From contig NW_003314364.1 of NCBI RefSeq assembly GCF_000143415.4, forward strand, positions 236,396 to 300,395: a stretch of 64,000 bases of DNA. The letters run 5' to 3'. The stretch is from Selaginella moellendorffii (lineage: Eukaryota; Plantae; Lycopodiophyta). This document shows positions 25,394 through 38,600 of this stretch, one piece after another; position 1 is the first letter of the stretch; each line of letters starts with the position of its first letter. A program made the position numbers and the translations under genes. Under the pieces are notes generated by a model. It did not search any database and was not told where the DNA came from. It worked only from the letters and a program-made list of their open reading frames with translations.

Positions 25394-26819
25394 TGTGAGA
25401 CACAAAATCCCTAGGCCCTAAAGTGGAGCCGGAAGGGTGCCATGTGGTAGTGGCCGAAGCGAAAGCCAAACAAATGTAACACGTTTGAACTAAAAAGCTT
25501 TGACTTGAAAGGTCAAAAGCAAGAGTGGAACTCTCAACAAAGTGCTCGAAGAAAGAGCATGAAATAAGTGAGGCTCTAAAAAGGGACCCAAAAAGACCGA
25601 GACGGAGTCCGAGATGGAGTTCGAGACGGAGTCTGAGATGGAGTCCGAGATGGAGTCCAAGATGGAGTCCGAGATGGACTGAGACGGAGTCCGAGATGGA
25701 GTCCGAGATGGACCGAGACGGAGTCCGAGATGGACCCGAGATGGAGTCCGAGATGGACCCGAGATGGAGTCCGAGTTGGACCCAAGATGGAGTCCGAGAT
25801 GGACCCGAGATGGAGTCCGAGATGGAGTCCAAGATGGACCCGAGATGGAATCGAAGATGGAGTCCAAGAAGGACCCGAGATGGAGTCTGAGGTCGAGACC
25901 GAGACCGGGACCGAGACCAAAATCGGGACCGAGACCAAGACCGAGGCCGAGGCCGAGTCCGAGCCCGAGCCCAAGTCCGAGTCCGAGTCCAAGTCCCAGT
26001 CCCAGTTCGAGTCCAAGTCCAAGTCCGAGTCCTAGTCCGAGTTTGAGTTCGAGTCTGAGAGGGTGAAAGCCCAAAGCATTCGTCTCCCAAACCCTGGGGG
26101 GTTTGGTGAACTCCAAAAGTATAGTGAGGGGGAGGACTGTAGTGGAGCCAGTTTGGCCAGGAAAGGCCAGTTTGGCCCAGGAAGGCTGTACCCAGTGTTG
26201 GGTGATGAGCTGCCTACTGGGAAGTCTAACACTAGAGTGAATACAGACCGACAAGCGGGGTAGCTTGGTGAAGTGTTCAAGAGCTGGCTCTAGTTCCCTT
26301 AGGAGATCGATTGGCCGATGCTCCCAGTCCAAGTGTGGGTGGCACTACCTACTTGGATACCTAGTGTGGCTCAACGGAACCTCGCTCTAAGCCTATGGCT
26401 AGAGCACCTAAAGGCGGAAGGCGGGGAGAGTACCCATGAGGCCCACGTAGGGCCACAGTGTTCCGAAATGTTGTCCCAAAGTCCCAGACTGTGAAAAGGA
26501 AGAGGAGTGGCCCTCTAGTGTTGTGACCAAGGACACAGTCACACAATGAGGAAGTCCTAGAGGACAATGGGACTTAGTGGTTGGTCCCATAGGCCTTGGT
26601 CCAGTGGCAGTGTTGGCAAACTCAGCCAAGGATAAAAAGGGACTTGGTGGGGACTGGAACGGAGATATTGGGGAAGGTTATTCCCCATGTTTGCAAGCAT
26701 CCTAAGGATGGTAAGGAGTGGATTTGGGACGACCACTCATGGACGAATAGCCCAGTCTTGGAGAGATGGGATTGCAATGCAGGTGGTGTTAGACCACCGA
26801 TGTGACCAAGGTGAATGAG
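25394..26819 (+). repeat. LTR (same family as 37400-38986), truncated at its right by the MULE-like element; contains (CCGAGATGGAGT)n-type tract 25595-26060
   Basis: Starts TGTGAGACACAAAATCCCTAGG, preceded by a purine-rich PPT-like AGTAGGATGTGGATAT. Confidence 0.85.
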
Positions 26820-27020
26820 GAGCCCGGGTAGGTTTTGAGCTCATGAGCTCACGAGCTGAGCTCATGAGCTGAGCTCACGGCTTCTCAAACACAAGAAAAA
26901 CATTGGTTCGTCCCGAACCAACATCTTTCCATTCTTCAAATTTTGATTTAATCTATATTTCCAAGTAAATTCGACTAATAAAATACAAATATAAATATAG
27001 ATCCGAACACTAAAAGCAAT

Positions 27021-30000
27021 CTAAAAACACTTCTCAAGCTCCGCAACTGTAAGGCTTGCCTGGTGGATGTGATGGTCGATCTTAGGATCTTGGTTTAGTT
27101 CCTGCATAAAAATGTAATAGATGTGCTTGCAGGCTAAATATACCTTTCCCCTGTTCTCCCGCTGTGTAAAATCTGGACAGGTACAGGATGGATTTTCGCA
27201 GATTTTAACAATGTAGCTCGTACCCTTTGATGACTCAGTCACAATAATAAACTCCTTAGCCATAGCACTGATGTAGTTTGTCTTTGTGATTGTGCACTTT
27301 AGCTCTTTTGCCAACTTGATCTTCTCTTGTGCACCTTTCGAAATGGAAGACCTGTATTGTATAGCCTTCCCATTCCTAGCTGGTCGTGTATGCCGGTCTA
27401 GTGTTGATATTGGTGGCATAGCAGTACTAATAGCAACATTTGAGGAAGTCTTTAGCTTGAAACCTGCTCTCTCCAGACTTTCAATCTCTTCTTTCAAAAG
27501 ATTGCAGCTTCGCTCAACTGGCCACTCCTCTGGCACAGAATCTGGCTTCAAAATAATTGAGCTGTGGATCCTGCTTGTATGAGTAACATCAGTCCCACAA
27601 CAGTAGATCCAGCTTGACTGGCGGCCCTTCACTCCTAGATCTCGACAGCCCCAGAAACATGGCACTGCTGAAGAACTTGAACCTGAGCGCACAAAAGCGA
27701 GACACTGACCTCGACTCCCAATCATTCCAGAGCAACGTGCATTGCTCTTGGCACTGACTCTTCGAATTGCCCAGTTGATACGAGAAACTGGCTCGCGAGA
27801 AATAACCTTTTCAACCTCTGGCACTGGACTTACTTGTGTAACAACTGGCACCTCCTCCACTCCATGTTCCTTAGTTCTTTTCCGGTGTCGTGGAACAGAA
27901 TGGTAGTCAAACTCTGGACGGTGAGAGCTAGAAGGAGTGATGTTTGACCCATCAAATGTCTGTCGACGCTTCATACGGGCTGTTCTCATGTCCCCAAGTG
28001 GCTCATAACTTGATTTCATAGGAGTTCCAGCAACAACTTCCTCCACCATCTTGGACATTGACCCTGCTGCTGGTGTTGTCCTTCTACCAACCCGCTCTTG
28101 AAGCCTGTCTAAGTTCGGACCTGTACCAGCAAACCTTGCTTCCTGTGCAGCCAAAGCTTTTGATGATTGCTCAAGAGATCTAGTGAGGTCGGAGAGTGTA
28201 GCTTCATAGAGGGACACTTTTCCCTTCCCTGCTTCGGAAGCTCTCCAACTCCAATGTTTGCTCTCAGAGAGATTAATTGTTGGTGTAAGTGCAATATCAT
28301 CAAGTGGTTGATCCTACAAAAAATGCAACATTTGAATGTGACAAGAAAGAAAATGAGAGAAAGCTTACATGGAGAGTATAATGACCCCACTGAAACATTC
28401 GAACTTCCCACCATGCAAGCCAGCATTCCATTTGTGGAAGGTTTTCAATTGGCACTTTGTCTCCTTCACGCCACCATATGCGCATTTCATTTGCCTTTGC
28501 CTCGTGCTCCTCTTTAGTTGGTGCATCCATCCATTTCCGACAAAGCTGCTTGAACTCGTGATGGAAGGTAGACTTGATGCATCGGCAATGTTCATTGACG
28601 CTCTTTGCCCAATGAAACTCACAACTCTTCTCTCTACCTTGTAATGGCTGACTTTTATCACCTCCGAATACTTGTCGTACAGCCAACCAGTTAGCACCAG
28701 CTGCATCTGCCATGAAACCACGGAAGTTGGGTTTCTTCCCGGTTCGCTGTTCAACAACCTCGGACATACATGTCCAAAAGATGGTTTGTGCTTGAAAATC
28801 TTGAACTTTGAATTCGGCTATAGCTATAGTCAAATTGCACTGCAACCTATAAAAGGAATGGTTATAATGTAAATTGGTATAGATCCTTAAAAAATGAAAA
28901 GCCACTTACTTGTGATCATAAACATGAGCTCCCATTGTTGACCAGCCTGAAACTCGTTCCATATGGTCAAAATGGATCCAGGAATTAGCTAAATCCCCAT
29001 CTCCATCCATATCCATTCGTTGTACAAGGTCCACACCAGAAGCAGGACCAAGGGTAGACATCTTAAAGATGAAAGGGCGTTGATTGTTCGAAGTCACTTG
29101 GCCAACGAATAAGCTCCCATGAATAAACTCATAGGGACATTTTCTCTTTAGCTCCAAAATCCCATCCAATCCAGATTGAAGCTTTCCATCTCGCCCTTCT
29201 CGCATCCAGTTCTTTATTCTACAAAAAAAAAGAGTGTTATTAGTGATAAAGTAGAGTTAAGTGTTAATTTTATACCTGTTTAAATTTGTCATAGGTTCTA
29301 TATTTCGAAGTAGGTCCTTCAAGCTATTCTCCGTGAACTCTTTTTGGCTATCAGATTGTAACAACATGTCCACCACATAGTCCTTTAGTATAGACTGTTG
29401 AACACACTTTGGAGTTGCTGCACTTTTCTTCCTAGCCTCTGTAGTAACAGCAGTCTTCAAATTGCGAAAAGAATCACGGCGGATTCCTTCCTCAATTGCG
29501 TGTTGGTGGTATCCAATATGCACTGCTGCTCTGCCTAAACATCCATCCCGTGGAAGAAAATAATACATTTTCGCATCGCAACATGCTTGACACACAGGTG
29601 TTGCCCCGCATTTGCGACATCTAAATCCTGTAGCAACTTCATCACGCCTAGGGGGATTGATTGCTGAGCCTTCAAAGAAACACATATTCTTGCCATGATC
29701 AGAAATGCATTTCTCAGCGACACACTGAAGCTGTCCACCGCAATGGACTATGGACACAGATCCATCGAAATGAGAGAAGTGGGTCGTCTTTACTCTGCAC
29801 CAATTATGTGGATCAAGACGTGTTTCCATACCCCTTTTCCTGCTTGACGAACTTGCTGGTGGAAACTCGAAGAATATATTCCCATTATAGGAAGAAGGAA
29901 GCTCCTCACCTCTCATGTACTGGAACTCCTTCAATTCCAACCGTAATGATCGAGATTGCCGAAATGCCTTATCCACCACTTCAAAAACTGGTCCAGAAGG

Positions 30001-30405
30001 AACACACCTACTTGTCTGGGAAGCTATGTCAGGAAGCTCATCTTCTTCATTTTCGTCACTGGAGAGAATAATAACTTCATCCTTCACTCTTTGCACAGTT
30101 GGCTGTGAAACTGATGCGCTCTCCTCTCCTCGCTTCGGAGATCCTGTAACTAGAATCTCTTGACCTGTACATCTATCAAGATCCCATTGAATCCCATTCT
30201 CTCCCACACCACTGTCGAGAAGAATGGATTTTTCTATCTGATTACCCTTATCACGACATACATTCTCCAAACTAACTGATCCTGGCTTCAGCTTGAATCT
30301 TCTGCAGAGGAAGGTCTCTCCTATAACACTCCTAGAGAAAACAATTGGAGGCTCTTGATCGAACTTCAAATAGAATTCTCTCATATCTTCTCCTTGCTCG
30401 AGCAC
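27021..30405 (-). CDS. MULE-type DDE transposase: N-terminal GCM/WRKY-like Zn domain, DDE core, C-terminal SWIM finger; at least 4 exons, apparently open
   Basis: HCGGQLQC...CRKCG...CDAKMYY...VHIGYHQH; WIHFDH; FMADAAGA; KSCEFHW (CxxH); TINLSESKH; PSCTCPDF...ACKHIYY (SWIM). Introns near 29225-29275, 28849-28908 and 28314-28367. True start not resolved. Confidence 0.88.
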
Positions 30406-30874
30406 TTAGAAAAAAATTTGGGGAGAAACTGACAAGAAAGAACAAAGATATTCTTCTGTATTGTGAGCATTAATTAGCTATGTCCTTGCAAAGGACAAGT
30501 TAATTATTTTAACAAAATATACAACCGTTTAGAATCTAGAGAGATATGAGAATCTTAAAGAGCCGCCCATATTAATTGTATAATTGATTGTGAGAGGAAT
30601 AATAATGTTGAAATGAATGTGGTTATGAGTGAGAAGCGCCAATCAATCACAAAAGTTGTAGCATTGATTTTTTGTTCTCCCTCTCATCTCCATGCTCTCT
30701 TCCCTTCAAGAGAGTTTCATTCTTTTGTGACAAGTGAGAGAGACTCAAGCTCGAAAAGGTTGGTTCGTGCGCGGTTTTTTCGCGCGCTTGAGCAGGGAAG
30801 GGCGAGAGAAAGGCGCTTCAATCAAGAAATGTGCTTCAAGACGCTCCTCAAACAAGGTATGCTTCCTTGAGAAG

Positions 30875-31396
30875 GTCGGTTCGCGTGCGAACCGACGTCT
30901 CCTCACTTTCTTTCTTCCATTAGAAGTTTCTATTTTCTCAACTTTTGTTTTCTCTTGAGGGATAGAGATGTCGGTTCTTGTGCGAACCGACATCTCCTAG
31001 CATTCTATTTCATTTTCTATTTAGCTTTTTGCCCATCTCTACCTCGTTTTTTTTTTTTTTTCCTTGTTGAAGGGGTGGGAAAGATCGGTTCGCGCGCGAA
31101 CCGACGTCTCCCCACCTTTATTTTTTCTAGAAGCGAGCTTTCTTGATTTTTTTCATGTTTCTAGTGGTGAGATTTCTATATTTTAGAAAACAGAGAGAGA
31201 TTGAAATGTCGGTTCTTGTGCGAACCGACATCTTCAAGGTTTTTTTTTTTATTTCATTGACTTGATGGGGCATTTCATGTGAAAATTAGAGGGTGGAAGA
31301 TGTCGGTTCTTGCGCGAACCGACCTCTCCCGTATTCTTGTTGTGTTTTTCCTTTTTCTTGAGAGGTAGGGTGAGGTCAGTTCTCGCGCGAACCAAC
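30875..31396. promoter_or_regulatory. Six copies of the palindrome GTCGGTTC-N6-GAACCGAC in the bidirectional intergenic region
   Basis: Copies start at 30875, 30970, 31084, 31208, 31302 and 31375. Confidence 0.85.
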
Positions 31397-31545
31397 CTCT
31401 CCCAGTGACTTATGTTTTTTTCCTTTGCATTTCTTGTAGTTTACAATCTATTTTTCACATCTTTTACTTACAAACTTTTCTTGTGAGAGCAGATATAAAT
31501 CAAACTTGACTGCTTGAAACTTCCAAAAAGGGACTTGAACTTCAA

Positions 31546-34500
31546 ATGCCACAGGTTTGCTTTACATTACAAGTTAGATGTTTTAATAGTTTTGCTTTTT
31601 ATTTTAGAGGAAGCGCCGAGGCCAACCTCAATGGTCTCGATCTCCAGGAAAAGGCAGCCGCCTTGATCGCTGTGGGCTTGGCCGATTGAGTGGAGATTCA
31701 TCTCAAGTATCTAATGAAGTTTCGGCTAGTCATGCTGGAGGCAACGATGAGTATAACAATGACGTGGATGTTGAGATGAACACTCAAATCGATGTTGGTG
31801 TTATTGAGGCTGTTGGTACTGGTGTTCCTGAGGCTGCGGGTACTGGTGGTGGGGTACTTGCATCTGATGTTGGCGGTGGTGGGGGTGCTATGCCTTCGGT
31901 TGCTGAGGCTGCTCGCGGCCAGGTCAATGAACCAGCTGAGGACGTTATTGGTAGCGTTGTAGGTGGATCTACTACAGAGGCTACTGGGGGCATGGTAGCT
32001 GCTCCTACTGCTCCTCAGGCTGGTGGTGCAGGGGGAGCTAATGGTGGTGAGGGATTATGCATGCATGATTCTGACACCATCTTGAATGATCGTGTTCGGG
32101 ACACAATTATCCAAGCTCAAGAACGGACAGTCAGTAAAGTGTTACAGGAAATGGCGTGGAATGGCCCTCATCGATTTCTAGTTCCTTTGTGCCGATTGGT
32201 TCAAAGCCATTGGGTGCGCTCAGCTTACGACCTCAACATGGCTATCTACAGCTCCTTTGCCGAGGTCGGGTTTGGGAGCACAGCTGGTACCTTCATCGTT
32301 TCACCAACTTTCCCTGGAACCGGCCGGACAGAGTCAGTGACTACTGAACTTGAGGAAAAATGGGATCCTATATGGCTGCGAAAGTCTCGTGAGTTTGATG
32401 GATTCTTAGGACAACATGTGGAGACAGCAGGGTTCATTGGAAAGCTCTTTTGGGTGATCGATGGAAACCATAGGTGGCTGGCATTTTGGAAGTGCATTCA
32501 AGAGAAGTTCCGAGATGACGAAGAACGACACATTAGTGTTCCAGTCACACTTGTCGAACCAATGACTCGGGAGCACACTGTGAAGCTCAACATGGCATGC
32601 CATAAGATCAACATGTAAGAATTTATTTTTTGTAAACTTAGCTAATATCGTGTTTTTGCAGGCTAAACCAATTTGCGTTTCAAGCTCATACATTGGTACA
32701 TGACATTGAGCACCTTCGGTTTATGGGCATGCTCTCGCTAGAGGAGGTCCAAACGTTGTACAATCGTGAGGTATTTGAAGCAATTCGAGTGAAGCTAGGA
32801 GCTAGGAAAGGCCAAGAATTGCAGACTTGGTACCAACTGCCACTTGATTTTCTAGTTGCTGTCTGGGCGAAGGTAAATTATTATTGAAGTATGTATCAAC
32901 TTACATAATGTTTCTTGCAGCCCATAATCAAAGGAGAAAGAGCGTCATTCTTTAAAAATGCTCGAGGGGACGAGCAGCAGAAGGAGATGGAGTGGCATGC
33001 GATTGAGCAGCGAATTTTGAATACGAAGAGAACAAAGGTGAAAAAGTTGCTCTCGATTGCAGACATACGACGCGGGCAGGAATGGCTTGATAGCATTGCC
33101 GAGATTTGTTCTCGCGTTCGTAAGTTCTTATAAAATTTGTGAAACATTTCATAACTCTTTGTGTGTGTAGGAACTGATAAAGCACCGGAGGAACTCATTT
33201 ACAACATCTCTAAGAGTAAAATGTCCTTTGCTGAACAAAGTGTCTGCTTGGAACTTCTCAACACTTGGCTGCGAAATAACGAAAAACGCTGCGAGATAAG
33301 GATGGAGAAGGTGATGAAGGAGAAGGCGTACATTTCTCAGAGTATTGCCGCTGGTGAGGAGATGCTACAAGTCTGGGATGAGAAGTTTCTTTCCAGCACC
33401 CGCACAGGTATCACTCTCGAAGAATATATTCGTGCTTGTCTTGCGGAGCTAGGGAATGGTTGGCTTCCACGTGGTGGGACGAGTTCGGCTGAGTTCAAGA
33501 ACCAACCAGGACAACCATTTCTTGCGAGGCGCATGGTTTACAGGTATTTTTTCAATTCTCATTTATATATTGGTATTTATATTTTTGTTTTACTTTGTAG
33601 ATATTTAAAATATAGCCCCGGCGCACCGGTATACACAACCGGTGTTTTGCAGAAGCTCCTGACTAGAGGCAAGAAGCTTGGGATGTATGAGCCAGAGTTC
33701 TACTGTCCTTGTACACATGAGAGGGAGCTATGCCCGTGGTACCTTGAACTCGTGGAGCAGATGCCAACATCGGACTTCGAGCTAGATCTCTACCTTGAAT
33801 GTCATCCAGGTTCACTTGAAACTCAGCACTTAGCTAGGAAATATTAACCTTGAGTTATATTCTTATTTTCCAGAGGCTCTTTCTGACTGTGATAACGACA
33901 TTGTTGAAGTTCAACAACTAAACCTAGAAGTCAGCACTCAGGAAACCATGCCAAATCCAAATACTGTTGAACCAGAGGAAATTGTACAGGAAATTCCAGC
34001 ACAAGAGATTCCAGTACCTGCTCCTCGCAACCCCCGAAGGGGCCGTCATGAAACCTTTCATGAGAGTAAGGACTTTGATTTGGAACATTCTTTTATTCAT
34101 TCTTGACTTCACTTTTTTTTTTATAGATGTTGCAGAGAGCAGCCATCAGTCTTTTCGGCGGACTAAGACATTCTTCCCATCCCTCCCTACGGCTACAGAT
34201 GACGACCTAGAAGAGCTCTCCTCTGCAGCGATGCATAAACAGGTTAGTAAGCATGAATTTTATCTTCAACTTTTAGTTCTAATAATTGATTTTCAGGTTC
34301 GCCCTCTATCCCCAACGGCCAGTGTTGGGGAAGTTGCTATTCTCATTGGGGATTACACACAGCTTTTAGATGCTACTAGTCGGGAGCTCTACATGCTTGA
34401 TCGGTGGATCCATGGTTTGGGTCAGCTCACACCTTATGGGAAGATCGATTTCATCTTTTTTGATCTTCCCGATGGGATGGCACCACCACAGGGGGATACT

Positions 34501-35395
34501 CCGTCATGGAATGTGTTGCAGGCCCAACACATTTCCCAAGCCTTAAAGGTTGCGAGCAGCTTCATGACATACGAGGGTGTGGTTGTCATGATCCTTCCTC
34601 GCTCTCTAATGTGGGAAGGCCTTCTCGCACACTTGGCTGACAACGATGATGGATTTGTTGAGTTTTCATCTGGCTGCCTTCTTTCGAGTATGGCGGTGGA
34701 CACAAAAGGCACTAGCAGGCAGACGCGAAAGGTGTGTGACTTCTTTATCTATAAATTAACTCTATTCTATTTTTTTTTTCCAGATTTATTCCTGGAACTA
34801 CCATGCTCTATGCCACATTGGGAACCGGCGTAATGCCACACGAGCTGACGAGCGTGCTGCTCTTGCTTTACCAGGATATGACAGCTCTACAGACATCATC
34901 CCAAATGTGATTGACTCGGACGTTCTTCACCCAGCGTTCCCTGGTTATCGACATCGTTCGGTCACGGCCATGCAAATCTTGTTGGAGTTATTTTGTCCGC
35001 CAAAGGGGATTGTGCTTGATGCTACAGCAGGATTTGGATCAATGGTGCAGGCAGCAAAAGAGACAGGCCGAGCGGTTTTTGCACTTGAGAAGGAGGGTGC
35101 CTTTGAGGACATTCTTAGGAGATTTTGCGACAGGTGATGTTAGTGCTTGAAATAATCTATAATATTTATTCTCAAATGTTTCTATTTTATTAGGTCTACA
35201 CTTATCACACACAGTGTTTCAGTCCACACGCTTGATCTTGATGATATGGATGATCATATGGACCAAAGTCAATTCCACTTACCTATTTATGCTGAACGTA
35301 TGGCACAACATTACATACAACACGAGCCTATAGTGAAGGAGCATTCCACTATACCCATTTCTACTTTTCTGGATATGGAAGCAGAAGAAGATTGA
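31546..35395 (+). CDS. Spliced cargo gene: ParB/Srx-like domain + beta-class N4/N6 DNA methyltransferase-like domain
   Basis: ATG 31546 (MPQ|RKRR), WVIDGNHRWLAF (32451), ILIGDYTQLL, IDFIFFDLPDG (34462), ALKVASSFMTYEGVVVM, HPAFPG...ILLELFCPPKGIVLDATAGFGSMVQAAKETGRAVFALEKE (~34930-35095), end FLDMEAEED* at 35395. Checked ~47-60 bp introns join exons in frame. Confidence 0.8.
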
Positions 35396-35673
35396 ATATA
35401 TTCTGATTTTAATATAAATTATATTGTTTAATATATTATTTTCTTTTTTTGTAGACTAAAAGATTAGTTCATGTCGAACCAATAATCTACATGAGCTTAT
35501 GGAATACCTTAAACACCTAGATTTTATGTTAAAAATTCTTGGTTCAGGACGAACTAAGGTAGTGCCATTAAACTTTCGCTAGTTAGGGGATTGTATTGAC
35601 TTCCGTTGACTTTCGTTGACTTTCATTGACTTGAGCTCAGCTCGTGAGCTCAGCTCAAAAACTACCCAGCCCC

Positions 35674-38600
35674 GTTCAGTTCCATCCATGCCTTAGCAAG
35701 TATTCACAGGGATGAACCTACCCAATAACTTAGGGAGTGGTTCTTCAATCTGGGCATGGTCACCTTATAATCCCACACACCGATAGGCCTTGATATGCCC
35801 ATCACTAAGCTTGCCAAAATCCCATTTTTGGCTTTGTTTAAATTGGGTAAACGGATTCCTCCCGTCTCCACAACCTTGGACGTTTGGATGGCATATCCTA
35901 TCCATCATTCGCAAGGGATTTAGTCCCTTGGGCCTTATTTATTGCCCTCGTGACACTAAACACCACCTTTTGGTGTTCCAGAGTGTTTGGGTGTCCTAAT
36001 GATGATCTCTTTGACAATGAGCATTTCCTTTTTCGACATTGACTCTCTATATCGCAACATAAACAATTTATCCCTCGTAAGGGTATATCTAACTTCCTTA
36101 TGCCATTAAGAAGTCTTGGGTAGCTACTTTTTACCCGTTTAACCAATTATCTTGCACCGCTTGCTTAGTTGCCCCATAGTTGTCAAGTCCTACAACTCAT
36201 TGCTTGGTGCTTCCACACCTCCATCATTATCTAGGTCACCACACTCCAACCACATGCCTTCCAACTTAGGCTATGCCATTCCCTTGGCAAGGGGTTCTCA
36301 TGAACCCATCAACATAACTTCAAGGTATCTCACTTTGGCACATTTGGTATCTCCACACCAATGGCTCCACAAGCCTACCTCTATGACACTTCTTACTTGT
36401 GTCTAGGTCTTTGCCAAGATTAAAGCAATCATTTTTCATGCCAACTACTGCACCATAATGTTCACACACAACTCTATGCCGAAATTGCTTTTTTTTTGGG
36501 GAACACCTTTCCCACGACTTTAGTATAGCACATTCTGCCATCGATGAGATACCCTTTGTTCTCATCCTTGGATCTTATGATCCCCCCCCCCCCCCATCTT
36601 TTATGGGGTACAACATACCTTAGTTCAAATGCTTCCATCAATCCTTTAGGATTATTCCTTGACTCTATTTGAGTCATCCAGCTTTTTGGACTTTGTCATC
36701 CAACGACCCATGAGGTCCTACCTTTGAGGTGCCAACTCACTGGAATACAACTTCTTGTATTCAAGTCCTACTCACAAGGACCATCTTTGCAAGTATTACT
36801 CCGACACTTGATTTGTTCTCTTGGGGCAACCTTTTGCCCCTTATGACCACTTGTCTATGTGATGAGAATACCAACTCATCTTTTGAGTACACCCCCAACT
36901 CTTTGGGTTTTCCAGCATTTATTAAAGGTAGCTCTGGCTACCATTTCAAGGACTTGTATCCTTCTCCGTATTTGACCTCCCGTGGTCATTCCTTCTAGTC
37001 TCACATTCACGAGCACCAACCTCAACTATATGAGGATAATTTTGTGACTCCTTTATTGCTTTGGAGTCTCTATCTTTCCTGTGATCCCAACTATAGTTGT
37101 TTACCACAACTACATTAGTCAGTTGGCTACGTCAAACACTCATCTGGATCTCATCCTCAACTCTTTGAGGAAACCCTTATACTGTTCCCAAGATCCCAAA
37201 GTCATTCCCTTACTGGCCCCTTTTCTACCCACCACATCGTACCCAAGTTCACGCATGAACTTGAGTGGAGAGCCATGTCCTCTCAACATGCTACTCCTCA
37301 AGGATAGGCCCACTCCTAGGACCTTCTGATGCCAATATCAATGGTGATATACTTGAGCACCAATAAAAGTCGGACTATGGAACAGCTCCGATACCAAGTT
37401 GTAAGTGATGAAATTTTCTATTCTACTTTAGTCACTTAACCGCACCTCCAACCACTTGGAGGAGTCTCATTCACAACCTCCATAAGTCCCATTTAGGACT
37501 TGGGGCTTGTTATCCCTAAGAATGGCATCTATGCCACTCAACCTTTGCACTTGGCACAAGTGCTCCACGTGTCTGATCCCATGACTGACACCCCAAGATA
37601 CCACTAACATATCAGCCCGTTACGCTAGACCATCCCCATTCACCTTGGTCACATCAGTGGTCCAACACCACCTGCATTACAATCCCATCTCTCCAAGACT
37701 GGGCCATCCGTCCATGAGTGGTCATCCCTGATCCACTCCTTAGCATCCTTAGGATGCCCATAGACATGGGAAATAGCCTTCCCCAATATCTCCTTTCCAA
37801 TCCACACCAAGTCCCTTCCTGTCCATGGCTATGTTCGCCAACACTGCCACTAGATCGAGGCCCATAGGCTCGACCTCTAAGTCCCACTGTCCTTTGGGAC
37901 CTCCTCACTATGTGACCATATCCATGGTCACTGCACTAGAGGGTTGCTCCTCTTCCTTTTCACCGTCTGGGACTTTGGGAAAACATTTCGGAACACCGTG
38001 ACGCGAGCCTCGTGGGTACTCTCCCCGCCTTCTGCCTTTGGGTGCTCTAGCTGTGGGCTTAGAGTGAGGTTCCATTGAGCCACACCAAGTATCCAAGTAG
38101 GTAGTGCCACCCACACTTGGACTAAGAGCATCGGCCAGTCGATCTCCCAGGGGAACTAGAGCCGGCTCTTGAACACTTCACTAAGCTACCTCGCTTGTCA
38201 ATCCGTGTTCACTCTAGTCTTGGACTTCCCAATGGGCACCTCATCACCCAACACTGGGTACAGCCCTCCTGGGCCAAACTAGCCTTTCCTGGCCAAATTC
38301 GCTCCACTACAGTCCTCCCCCTACTATACTTTTGGAGCTCACCAAAAGCTGGGAGACAAACGCTTTGGGCTTTCACCCTCTTAGACTCGAACTCAGACTC
38401 GGACTTAGACTCAGACTCAGACTCGGACTCGGACTCGGGCTCGGGCTTGGTCTCGGCCTCAGCCTCGGTCTCGGTCTCGGTTTCGGTCTCAGTCTCGGTC
38501 CCGGTCTCGGTCCCGACCTCGGACTCCATCTCGAGTCCTTCTCGGACTCCATCTCGGATTCCATCTCGGGTCCATCTCGGACTCCATCTCGGGTCCATCT

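Larger units (their letters stand above)
26820..35673 (-). mobile_element. MULE/Mutator-like DNA transposon (~8.85 kb) with two divergent genes
   Basis: Inverted termini GGGTAGGTTTTGAGCTCATGAGCTCACGAGCTGAGCTCA (26826) and TTGAGCTCAGCTCGTGAGCTCAGCTCAAAAACTACCC (to 35667), plus MULE transposase. No TSD found; outermost bases uncertain by ~6 bp. Confidence 0.88.

Noticed and set aside
25311-26332. Several long overlapping ORFs (GLGLGL, SPRW, ESEM repeats), also at 3763-3991 and 38195-39001
   Set aside because: They arise from stop-free 6/12-bp repeat tracts inside LTRs and are open in many frames.
30875-31396. CRISPR-like appearance (palindromic repeats with spacers)
   Set aside because: Eukaryotic context, no cas genes, irregular 50-100 bp low-complexity spacers, and a variable repeat centre.
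31546-35395. Bacterial contamination as the source of the ParB/MTase gene
   Set aside because: The gene has spliceosomal introns and sits within a TIR element nested in plant LTR sequence.
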